Shown one piece after another: positions 8,818 to 16,770 of a stretch of DNA of 32,000 nt. A program made the position numbers and the translations under genes. The stretch lies in the NCBI GenBank assembly GCA_934613415.1, contig CAKTSY010000001.1, forward strand, positions 562,717 through 594,716. Direction: 5' to 3'. Origin of the DNA: an uncultured Opitutales bacterium. Its GTDB lineage: Bacteria; Verrucomicrobiota; Verrucomicrobiia; Opitutales; Intestinicryptomonadaceae. The notes beneath the pieces are model-generated. The model saw only the letters and a list, made by a program, of their open reading frames with translations. It did no database searches and had not been told where the DNA came from. Position 1 is the stretch's first letter. Each line of letters begins with the position of its first letter.

Positions 8818-9411
8818 ATGAGAATAAGCTCTGGATTGGCAAGAGGATTCAACCTAAAAAGCCCCAAATCGGACAAAACCAGACCCGCCACCGACGCTGG
8901 CAGGCTTGCGCTGTTTTCGTCGCTGGCAAACGCGGTAGAAAACGCAGCCGTGCTAGACCTTTTTGCGGGAACGGGAGCCTACGGGCTTGAAGCTTTAAGC
9001 CACGGGGCAGTTTCGGCGACTTTTGTGGAAAAAGACAAAGTAGCCCTACAGTGCCTAAAGGCAAATTGCAGCGGCATTACCTCCTACATAAAAAACGCCG
9101 ACATAAAAATAAGCGCGTGCGACTGCTTTAAGTTTAAAAGCACCCAAAAATTCGACTTTATATTTTTAGACCCGCCCTACCCACTGCTGCTGGCAAATGC
9201 GGCAGAAATTTTTAAACTTGTAAAAGGGCTGTGCTCTACAAACACAACCGTTGTGCTAGAAGCCCCGTTTGAATTTACACCCCCCGAAGGCTACTTTGAA
9301 ATAATAAAAAGGCTGGGCAAAAAATCGCGCGGCAAACCAACCGAACTTATTATGCAGCCGCTTTTAAGCGAAAGCGAACCCGAAAAAACAAGCGCGCCCG
9401 AAAACGCCTAA
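8818..9411 (+). CDS. rsmD: 16S rRNA (guanine966-N2)-methyltransferase RsmD
   Basis: The in-frame ATG at 8818 gives 197 aa (the track ORF from 8731 overlaps the divergent gene). Motifs: RPATDAGRLALFSSL, LDLFAGTGAYGLEALSHGA and DPPY. Confidence 0.85.
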   Translation: MRISSGLARGFNLKSPKSDKTRPATDAGRLALFSSLANAVENAAVLDLFAGTGAYGLEALSHGAVSATFVEKDKVALQCLKANCSGITSYIKNADIKISACDCFKFKSTQKFDFIFLDPPYPLLLANAAEIFKLVKGLCSTNTTVVLEAPFEFTPPEGYFEIIKRLGKKSRGKPTELIMQPLLSESEPEKTSAPENA

Positions 9412-10121
9412 AGCCTGTTTTTTGCAAACTGCATAACCGCCAAATTGCCCAATGCAATTCCGAAAGCCGCGGTAATAAAAGGCGAGCTGCCAATCACCTT
9501 TTTCTGACCTGCTGCCGACGAAACCAAATGGCTTTCGCCACAAAGCTGCTCGTCGGAAAACACGCAGTCGAATTTGCCGAATGCGCCGCGTTTTCTAAGT
9601 TCTTTTCGCATACGCGCGGCAACGGGGCAGCCGCACACCTTCCAAAAATCGCCGGTTTTTATTTTTGTTAAATCCTTTCGGCGGGCAGCCCCCATACTTG
9701 AAACTAGCACCTTACCGCTTTTTTGGGCAAATTCGGCAATGTCGCATTTCGACGAAATGCAGTCTATTGCGTCTATAATAATGTCGCATTTGCCGAAGAG
9801 ATTTTCGAGCGTATCGGCGGCTATAAAGGCGTTTACCGCCTCTACATTCGCATCGGAATTTATCGACAAAATCCTGTCGCGGGCAACAAGCCGCTTTTCC
9901 ATTCCCACAGTGGTTTCCAGCGCAAAGAGCTGGCGGTTTATGTTGCTTGGGTCTACCGTGTCGCAGTCGACAACAACAAAATTTTTTGCGCCGAAGCGCG
10001 CAAGGCTTTCGGTTGCATACGAGCCAACCGCACCCAAGCCCGCAATGCCGAACACTGCGTTTTCAACCCTTTGCCTTAGCTCTTTTGTATATAAAATGTC
10101 GCTGCGCTGAAATTTATTCAT
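9408..10121 (-). CDS. tcdA: tRNA threonylcarbamoyladenosine dehydratase (TcdA/CsdL, ThiF/E1-like)
   Basis: 237 aa. GLGAVGSYATESLARFG...VDCDTVDPSNINRQ Rossmann/NRQ motif and C-terminal CPVAARMRKELRKRG. Confidence 0.8.
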   Translation of the reverse strand: MNKFQRSDILYTKELRQRVENAVFGIAGLGAVGSYATESLARFGAKNFVVVDCDTVDPSNINRQLFALETTVGMEKRLVARDRILSINSDANVEAVNAFIAADTLENLFGKCDIIIDAIDCISSKCDIAEFAQKSGKVLVSSMGAARRKDLTKIKTGDFWKVCGCPVAARMRKELRKRGAFGKFDCVFSDEQLCGESHLVSSAAGQKKVIGSSPFITAAFGIALGNLAVMQFAKNRL

Positions 10122-10774
10122 TTGCCGTATACTCTTAAAAAATTTTCGTTTAAAATTTTGCCTATCTCTTTTTCGCCCCTAATTGCCGCCAATTTTGCTG
10201 CGGCGTCTTCTAGGGTTTGTTGGCTGCAAAAGCCGTCGCTTTCTATAAGCAAACGGTCTATTGGCGCAGCTTGCGCGGTTTTTTGCGCCTTTTTAAAACA
10301 CAAACTTTTTGCCGAAAAAGAAAAATATGCGTTTTTTAAAACACTGTTTTCGGGAACGAAATTCGGCGAATGAAAAACCGCCACAACTCCGCTGTTTTTA
10401 AGGATTCCGGCAAGGGTTTTGTAGGCGTTTACGCAATGTATTACAAGGGGCAAAGCAAAATCTTTAGCCAAAGAAATATGCATCTTAAAAACCTCTATTT
10501 GCGTTTGCGCAAACTGCATATATTGCGGGCGAAAATCCAAACCCGTTTCGCCAATGGCAGTAGCCCCGCTTAAAAATTCGGGCAGTTTTTCCATATCGGC
10601 AATTTGGTTTGCGCGCATAGGGCAAAGCCCGTACGCCTTTTTTTCGCACGCAAAATTTTTCAAAACAAGCCAATCAAAACAGTCTATCGCGCTCGACACA
10701 AACCGCATTCCTTTCGGAATTTGCATACCGTTAAACTCCGCAAAATGTGCGTGGCAGTGCGCATCGAAAAGCAT
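10118..10774 (-). CDS. TatD-family metal-dependent hydrolase/DNase
   Basis: 218 aa. MLFDAHCH start, internal GETGLD and ESD motifs. Confidence 0.8.
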   Translation of the reverse strand: MLFDAHCHAHFAEFNGMQIPKGMRFVSSAIDCFDWLVLKNFACEKKAYGLCPMRANQIADMEKLPEFLSGATAIGETGLDFRPQYMQFAQTQIEVFKMHISLAKDFALPLVIHCVNAYKTLAGILKNSGVVAVFHSPNFVPENSVLKNAYFSFSAKSLCFKKAQKTAQAAPIDRLLIESDGFCSQQTLEDAAAKLAAIRGEKEIGKILNENFLRVYGK

Positions 10775-10776
10775 TT

Positions 10777-11850
10777 TTACTTAAAACTTTCGAATAGATT
10801 TTGCAATTCGCGCTCGTCGGAATACTCGGTTGTAAACGATTGCCCTATGCCACGCATAAGCACAAACCTAAGCTTTGCCCCGTGCGATTTTTTGTCTTTG
10901 TGCATTGCGTCTACCAGTTTTGCGCTGCTTAGCGATTTGTCGATTTTTACGGGGATTGCGTATTTTTCCAGCAGCACCCTTGTCTTTTGCGAAATGTCTT
11001 TTGCAAACCCTAGCTTTTCAGACAACTTTGCCGCCATAAGAAGCCCAATGCCCACAGCCTCGCCATGAAGATAAACGCCGTAGCCTGCGCAGTTTTCTAT
11101 TGCGTGCCCGAAAGTGTGCCCCAAGTTGAGAAGCGCCCTGCCGTTTTCGGGGCTGTTTTCAAACTCGTCTTTAGAGACAACATCGGCCTTTATGGCGCAG
11201 CAGCGTTTTATTGCAGCCGCAGTCTTTGCGCGGCATTCCAGAATGTTGTCGTTGTTTAGAATATCGAAAAATTCCGCATCGCAAATAAGGGCGTATTTTA
11301 TAACTTCGGCCATGCCCGCAGCTATTTCCCTTTTAGGCAAAGTGTCTAAAAACGAGGTGTCTATATAAACAGCTTTGGGTTGATGGAAAGCCCCAACCAG
11401 ATTTTTGCCCGCCTTTAAATTTATGCCTGTTTTGCCGCCTACAGAAGAATCTACCATAGAAAGCAATGTTGTGGGAACCTGATAAAAATCTATGCCGCGC
11501 ATATAGCTTGCAGCCGCAAAGCCGGTAATGTCGCCTACAACGCCGCCGCCTATTGCAAACAGCGCACTTTTGCGGTTTAAGCGTAAATCGGCAAGCTTTT
11601 CGCAAATGGCTTCGAAATTGGCAAAGCTTTTTGTAGTTTCGCCCGCGGGCAGAACTATAAGGCTACCGAATTTTGATATTTGCTCGAGCTTTTCGGAGTG
11701 GGCTGCCTTTACATTTTCGTCGGTTATAAACACGTTTTTCTTGCCCAAAGCGGCAAGTTGTGCCGCCTTATTTTGGGCGTTTGAAAACGCGTTTTCGGCA
11801 ATTTCTATTGTATACGATTTTTCGCCGAGATTTACATTCAGGCTTTCCAT
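10777..11850 (-). CDS. aroB: 3-dehydroquinate synthase
   Basis: 357 aa. GGGVVGDITGFAAASYMRGIDFYQVPTTLLSMVDSSVGGKTGIN and GHTFGHAIE motifs. Confidence 0.93.
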   Translation of the reverse strand: MESLNVNLGEKSYTIEIAENAFSNAQNKAAQLAALGKKNVFITDENVKAAHSEKLEQISKFGSLIVLPAGETTKSFANFEAICEKLADLRLNRKSALFAIGGGVVGDITGFAAASYMRGIDFYQVPTTLLSMVDSSVGGKTGINLKAGKNLVGAFHQPKAVYIDTSFLDTLPKREIAAGMAEVIKYALICDAEFFDILNNDNILECRAKTAAAIKRCCAIKADVVSKDEFENSPENGRALLNLGHTFGHAIENCAGYGVYLHGEAVGIGLLMAAKLSEKLGFAKDISQKTRVLLEKYAIPVKIDKSLSSAKLVDAMHKDKKSHGAKLRFVLMRGIGQSFTTEYSDERELQNLFESFK

Positions 11851-11855
11851 TTTAA

Positions 11856-12770
11856 TTACTCCAATCCGAAAATTCCGTTAACGTAGGCCTTTGGGTTGAA
11901 CTTTTGAAGGTCGTCTACCGATTCTCCCAAACCGACATAAAATATTGGAAGTTTTAGCTCTGAATACACGCCCGTAAGTGCCCCGCCCTTGGAGGTGCCA
12001 TCGAGCTTAGTTACAATAAGCCCGTTTAGGGGGAATGCTTTGTTGAACGCCCTTGCTTGCTGAATGCTGTTCGAACCCAACGAACCATCGGCAACCATAA
12101 AGGAATAGTGCGGGCAATTTGGGTCACACTTTTTAAGAACACGCTCGAATTTAGAAAGCTCGTTCATTAAATTTTCCTTATTATGCAGACGGCCTGCGGT
12201 GTCTAAAATAAGATATTTTGCGCCCCTCGCCTTTGCCGCGTGCCACGCGTCGAATGCAACTGCGGCAGAATCGGCACCGTGCTGGCTTTCAACCAAATCT
12301 ATATTAAGTCTTTGCGCCCAAATTCTAATCTGTTCGTTGGCGGCGGCTCTAAAAGTGTCGCAGGCTCCCATCAAAACCTTGCCTTGCTCGGAAAGCAACT
12401 TTGCCAACTTTGCGCAGGTGGTAGTTTTGCCCGAACCGTTTACGCCTATAAGGCAAATAACCGTCGGGTTTTCGCCGCCAAGAGGTTTAATTTCGGCCTG
12501 CGAACCGTCTAAAATCTTTTCCAAAACGGCAGCCCCTATTTCTGCGGCCTCTTTGCCCCTAAGCTCTTTGTTTTTAGAATATTCTTTTTTTATAGCGTCT
12601 ACAACCTTTTCGGTTGTGTCGAAGCCGAAATCCGCACCGTATAGTGTTTCCTCTATAAGGTCTATGTCTTGCGGTTCTATTTTTTTTGCAAACAAGCCAG
12701 AAATTGCCCCCAACGCATTTTGGGCGGTTTTCTTTAGCGAGTCTCTAAACTTTTTGAATATCGAAAACAT
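11856..12770 (-). CDS. ftsY: Signal recognition particle receptor FtsY (NG domain only)
   Basis: 304 aa. GVNGSGKTTT (G1), DTAGR (G3) and TKLDG (G4) motifs. The ATG overlaps the nusB stop (TAATG). Confidence 0.93.
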   Translation of the reverse strand: MFSIFKKFRDSLKKTAQNALGAISGLFAKKIEPQDIDLIEETLYGADFGFDTTEKVVDAIKKEYSKNKELRGKEAAEIGAAVLEKILDGSQAEIKPLGGENPTVICLIGVNGSGKTTTCAKLAKLLSEQGKVLMGACDTFRAAANEQIRIWAQRLNIDLVESQHGADSAAVAFDAWHAAKARGAKYLILDTAGRLHNKENLMNELSKFERVLKKCDPNCPHYSFMVADGSLGSNSIQQARAFNKAFPLNGLIVTKLDGTSKGGALTGVYSELKLPIFYVGLGESVDDLQKFNPKAYVNGIFGLE

Positions 12771-13255
12771 TATTTTTTAACTGCTTGGCGCATTGGTCTT
12801 TTTAGCGACAGCGAAATTTTGTCGAGCAGCCCGTTTACAAAGCGTTTCGAATCGTCTCCCGAAAACTCTTTTGTAAGGTCTACCGCCTCGTTTATGGTAA
12901 CAACTGGCGGAATGTCGTCTCTAAAAAGCAGCTCAAAAACGGCAAGCCTTAAAATTGCCAATTCAACTTTTGCGATTCTGTCTATAGACCAGTTTTTTGC
13001 GTTTTTAGATATTTCGCCGTCTATTTCTTTTGCATGGGTAAAAGCCCCAACAATAAGCTCTCTTGCAAACTGAAAATACCCCTTGCGGACGGCAAGCTCG
13101 GTTTCCTTATTGGTTAAAAAGCTTTGCAAAGCCTCTTCAAAAGGCCCGCTTTCGTTCATATCGCGCATATAGATGAACTGCATTGCCGCAATTCTGTTTT
13201 CGTGTCTGCCCCTTAATGCGTGGGGCTTTTCGTTTTGCGAATTTTCCGATTGCAT
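12770..13255 (-). CDS. nusB: Transcription antitermination factor NusB
   Basis: The start is taken at the ATG at 13255 (161 aa), 1 nt after the ribH stop. The track ORF extends further into ribH. The RIAAMQFIYM...VVTINEAVDLTKEF pattern is NusB-like. Confidence 0.8.
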   Translation of the reverse strand: MQSENSQNEKPHALRGRHENRIAAMQFIYMRDMNESGPFEEALQSFLTNKETELAVRKGYFQFARELIVGAFTHAKEIDGEISKNAKNWSIDRIAKVELAILRLAVFELLFRDDIPPVVTINEAVDLTKEFSGDDSKRFVNGLLDKISLSLKRPMRQAVKK

Positions 13256-13256
13256 A

Positions 13257-13742
13257 TTAAAACTCCGTTTCGTCGAGCAATAAAGATGTCTGCCAAGCCA
13301 TTTGAATTGCGGCCTCGGCAAATTCAACGCCTCGGGCAATTTTGCCTATGGTTCTGTTTGCCGCCTGCTCATAGTTGTTTGCCACAATAACGCCGTTTAT
13401 TACGGGCACTGTAGTTTCTACCGCAATTTTTTGGAATGCGTTGGCCGTGCTGTGGGCTATAATTTCGTGGTGCGGGGTTTCGCCCGCAATTACAACGCCA
13501 AGGACAACAACGCAGTCGTATTCCGAAGAATCCGCCAAAATAGAGGCTATTACGGGAAGCTCGCAAGCCCCCGGAACGCGCACAATCTTAAGCGATTTTT
13601 CGGGTACGCCGGCCCTTTTAAATGTTTTTACGGCGTCGTTTAAAAGGGCGTCTACCATATTTTGGTTAAAGCACGAGGCAATTACTGCAAACTTAAAGCC
13701 GCTTGCGTCTACGTCGGGCATTTTTGCTTTGTCGAGACTCAT
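13257..13742 (-). CDS. ribH: 6,7-dimethyl-8-ribityllumazine synthase
   Basis: 161 aa. KFAVIASCFN...VRVPGACELP...LGVVIAGETPHHE motifs. Confidence 0.92.
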   Translation of the reverse strand: MSLDKAKMPDVDASGFKFAVIASCFNQNMVDALLNDAVKTFKRAGVPEKSLKIVRVPGACELPVIASILADSSEYDCVVVLGVVIAGETPHHEIIAHSTANAFQKIAVETTVPVINGVIVANNYEQAANRTIGKIARGVEFAEAAIQMAWQTSLLLDETEF

Positions 13743-13760
13743 AAGAACTATATAGTTTTG

Positions 13761-14834
13761 TTAAATTTTTGTTTGGGATACAATCTGCAAGCCGTAGCCT
13801 TCGGGCATATAGTGCGCACCGGGGTGCGTTGTTAGCAGGTTTATCTTTTTAAAGCCAAGCTCCTTTAAAATTTGCGAGCCAATGCCGTAGTCTACCTTGT
13901 TGGGCAAAATAGGCTGGGCGGCGTTTATGTCTACCCCCCAGTTTTCGACATTAACGCAAACAAGCGCGCCGCACTTTGCCCCGGCAATTTTTGCCATTGC
14001 GCGCCTAAAGGAATCGGCGGCGTCGGAAAACGACTTTGCGCGGAACAAATCCGCAAAAATATTCTGCGCGTGAACCCTTGCAAACGCGCCGTCTTTCGAC
14101 AAATCGCCCATAGAAAGGGCAAAATGGAATTTCTTGTCGGCTTCGTTTCTGAAAATGGAAAAATCGAACTCGCCGAATTCGGTGTCTACCTTGCTCGACG
14201 AAATTTTCTTTAAAATTCTGTCGTTTTTAAGCCTGTATTCTATAAGGCTTGCAACGCTTATAAGCCTGTAGCCGAACTTGTTTTTAAATTCTATTATATC
14301 GGGCAGGCGCGCCATTGTGCCGTCGTCCTTAATTATTTCGCAAATTACGCCAACGGGCGGCAGATTTGCAAGCTTGCACATATCTACGGCGGCCTCGGTG
14401 TGCCCCGCCCTTTCGAGAACGCCGCCGGGCCTTGCCCTAAGCGGGTTTATATGCCCCGGGCTTACAAAGTCTGCCCCCGTAGAAGTTGGCTGCGCCATAA
14501 GTTTTAAAGTTCTTGCCCTGTCGGCCGCGCTTATGCCAGTGGTAATGCCGTCGGCGGCGTCTACGGTAACGGTAAAGGCAGTTCCCTTTTTGTCGCGGTT
14601 AATCTTTACCATATCGTCTATGCCCAGCCTGTTTAGCACAGCCGTAGTGGCTGGAGCGCAAATCAGCCCCTTGCAGTGGCTTATCATAATGTTAACCGCC
14701 TCGGGCGTAATTTTGCTTGCCGCAACAATAAGGTCGCCCTCGTTTTCGCGGTTTTCGTCGTCTACAACAACAATGGGTTTGCCCATTGCAACGTCGGCAA
14801 TGGCATCTTGAATATCGTCGAAAATCTTCTCCAT
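13761..14834 (-). CDS. ribB: 3,4-dihydroxy-2-butanone-4-phosphate synthase fused to a degenerate GTP cyclohydrolase II-like domain (RibBX-like)
   Basis: 357 aa. The N-terminal half carries DHBP synthase motifs (DDENRENEGDLI, GHTEAAVD). The C-terminal half aligns to RibA, but the three Zn-ligand cysteines are absent (ARVHAQNIFADLFRAKSFSD replaces VRVHSECLTGD....RCDC). Confidence 0.85.
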   Translation of the reverse strand: MEKIFDDIQDAIADVAMGKPIVVVDDENRENEGDLIVAASKITPEAVNIMISHCKGLICAPATTAVLNRLGIDDMVKINRDKKGTAFTVTVDAADGITTGISAADRARTLKLMAQPTSTGADFVSPGHINPLRARPGGVLERAGHTEAAVDMCKLANLPPVGVICEIIKDDGTMARLPDIIEFKNKFGYRLISVASLIEYRLKNDRILKKISSSKVDTEFGEFDFSIFRNEADKKFHFALSMGDLSKDGAFARVHAQNIFADLFRAKSFSDAADSFRRAMAKIAGAKCGALVCVNVENWGVDINAAQPILPNKVDYGIGSQILKELGFKKINLLTTHPGAHYMPEGYGLQIVSQTKI

Positions 14835-14859
14835 TTTGTTATCCCCTTATAAATGTTTT

Positions 14860-15585
14860 TTACGACTGCATTAGCAGTTTTTTAATGTCTACTTGCCCAA
14901 GCCTTTTATATTGCCCCTCGGGAATGCGCTTTAAAACGTAGCCGCCAATTTGGAACCTTTTAAGCTCTTTAACAAAGTAGCCAACGCACTCGAACATTCT
15001 TCTGATTTCCCTCTTTTTGCCCTGGTGCAGCCAAACTTCAAGCCTTTTGGTTTCGTTTTGCTCTCCTTCTATGCCAAGCGGGATTATCTTTGTAGCCACA
15101 AGTTTTTCGCCCTCGAAAACAACGCCGTGCTCTAGGGTTTTAATAAGCTTGTGGTCGAAAGGCCTGTTTAAAAGCACCGTATACTTTTTCATTACCCCGT
15201 ACGACGGATGCGTTATTCTGTTTGCCAAATCGCCGTCGTTTGTTAGGATAAGCAACCCCTGCGAATTCATATCAAGCCTGCCGCAACAGAAAAGCTTCAT
15301 CTTATTATAGGGCATAGGCAGCAGATCGAACACGGTTTGCGCGTGAAAAGGGTCTGCATTGCTGCACAAATAGCCCTTGGGCTTGTTGAAGGCCAAAACC
15401 ACCTTGTCTTCTACCGGAAGCGAAATTTTGCGCCCTTCAAAAACAACGCTGTCGGAATTTTCGTCTATATCCTGCCCTATCTGGGCAACTTTCCCGTTTA
15501 CGCTTACAACGCCCTCGGCGATTTTCTGCTCGGCGGCTCTGCGCGAACAAACTCCGCATTGGGATATGAACTTTTGTATTCTCAT
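14860..15585 (-). CDS. RsuA/RluB-family rRNA pseudouridine synthase with an N-terminal S4 domain
   Basis: The start is taken at the ATG at 15585 (241 aa; MRIQKFISQCGVCSRR S4 motif). Catalytic GRLDMNSQGLLILTNDG. The longer track ORF (to 15789) adds a non-homologous extension. Confidence 0.85.
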   Translation of the reverse strand: MRIQKFISQCGVCSRRAAEQKIAEGVVSVNGKVAQIGQDIDENSDSVVFEGRKISLPVEDKVVLAFNKPKGYLCSNADPFHAQTVFDLLPMPYNKMKLFCCGRLDMNSQGLLILTNDGDLANRITHPSYGVMKKYTVLLNRPFDHKLIKTLEHGVVFEGEKLVATKIIPLGIEGEQNETKRLEVWLHQGKKREIRRMFECVGYFVKELKRFQIGGYVLKRIPEGQYKRLGQVDIKKLLMQS

Positions 15586-15684
15586 TTTCGCCGAATAGAC
15601 TTTCAAATATGGCCGAAAAACGCAACCATTTTTGAAAAAAAGCTTGAGGAAAGTCGCATAAAGGCAAGCATACTTGAACTTATC

Positions 15685-16692
15685 GTGAATATATTTACAT
15701 ACATATACGGCAAATTGAACAAAATCGGGCTGGACTGGTTCATTTTGGGACTGGGCGGCGCAATACTTTTGGCGTACATAGCCCCGCAAATAGGATGCAC
15801 AAGGGAAAGCTTTTCGCCATCGGAACTGGCAAACTGGCTTTTAACCCTTATCTTTTTCTTTTACGGCCTTAGGCTGGACTTTGCGCAGATAAAAAAAGGT
15901 CTTTCAAACTATAAGCTGCACATAGTTGTGCAACTGGCTACATTTGCGCTGTTTCCGCTTCTGCTTTTGGCGTATACCGCCGTTTTCGGCGCGTTTAAAG
16001 ACCAATACCTATATTTGGGCGTGTTCTTTATGTGCGCGCTGCCGTCTACGGTGTCGTCGTCGGTAGTAATGGTTTCTATTGCAAGCGGCAACATACCCGC
16101 GGCGATTTTCAACGCAAGCTTGTCGGGCATATTGGGCATATTCATAACCCCGCTTTTAATGAGCTTTGCAATGCAGGGCGCTATGCCCGACGCCGAGTTG
16201 AGCCCAATTTTTGCCAAGCTTTTTGCGCAGGTGCTGCTGCCCGTTGTTTTGGGCGTTTTGCTTAACAAAAGATTCGGCGAATGGGCAAAGACAAAAAAAC
16301 GCCTTTTTAGGAACTACGACCAAAGCGTTATTCTGCTTATCGTATACACTTCGTTTTGCGACAGCTTTTACAAGGATATGTTTAGCGCGCTTTCGCTTAA
16401 AGACATTGTTTTGCTTACCATTGGGCTGGCGGCAATGTTCTTTGCCGCCTACGCCGTAATTTTGCTGGTTTCAAAGCTGCTAAAATTCGACCGCAACGAC
16501 ACAATTACAGCCCTGTTTTGCGGTTCTAAAAAATCGCTGGCACACGGGGCCGTTATGTCGAAGGTTATAGTACACGACCCTTCCAAAATTGCCATAATAA
16601 TTTTGCCTATTATGATATACCACGCATTCCAGCTGGTGGTAGCCTCTATAATAGCAAAAAAACTGGCAAAAAACGCGCCTAAAGAAGACTAG
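15685..16692 (+). CDS. Bile acid:sodium symporter-family transporter (YfeH/SBF-like)
   Basis: Collinear with my recollection of E. coli YfeH (LDWF...ALPSTVSSSVVM...FCGSKKSLAHG...MIYHAFQL). There is no in-frame ATG near the homologous N-terminus, so the start is GTG 15685 or TTG 15715. The track ORF from 15337 is an antisense extension over the divergent gene. Confidence 0.8.
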   Translation: MNIFTYIYGKLNKIGLDWFILGLGGAILLAYIAPQIGCTRESFSPSELANWLLTLIFFFYGLRLDFAQIKKGLSNYKLHIVVQLATFALFPLLLLAYTAVFGAFKDQYLYLGVFFMCALPSTVSSSVVMVSIASGNIPAAIFNASLSGILGIFITPLLMSFAMQGAMPDAELSPIFAKLFAQVLLPVVLGVLLNKRFGEWAKTKKRLFRNYDQSVILLIVYTSFCDSFYKDMFSALSLKDIVLLTIGLAAMFFAAYAVILLVSKLLKFDRNDTITALFCGSKKSLAHGAVMSKVIVHDPSKIAIIILPIMIYHAFQLVVASIIAKKLAKNAPKED

Positions 16693-16713
16693 TTTTAGGC
16701 GAATTTGCCATGC

Positions 16714-16744
16714 AAAAATGCGCTCTTATCTGAGCGCATTTTTT
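16714..16744. terminator. Bidirectional rho-independent terminator between the convergent transporter and GH2 genes
   Basis: AAAAATGCGCTC-ttatct-GAGCGCATTTTT: a 9-bp GC-containing stem flanked by an A-run and a T-run. Confidence 0.8.
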
Positions 16745-16770
16745 GTTTGAATTTACGCAATGTAATTTTA

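Noticed and set aside
14835-14859. FMN riboswitch upstream of ribB-ribH.
   Set aside because: Only 25 nt separate the ribB start from the preceding gene's stop. That is far too short for an RFN element (>100 nt), and no conserved RFN stems are seen.
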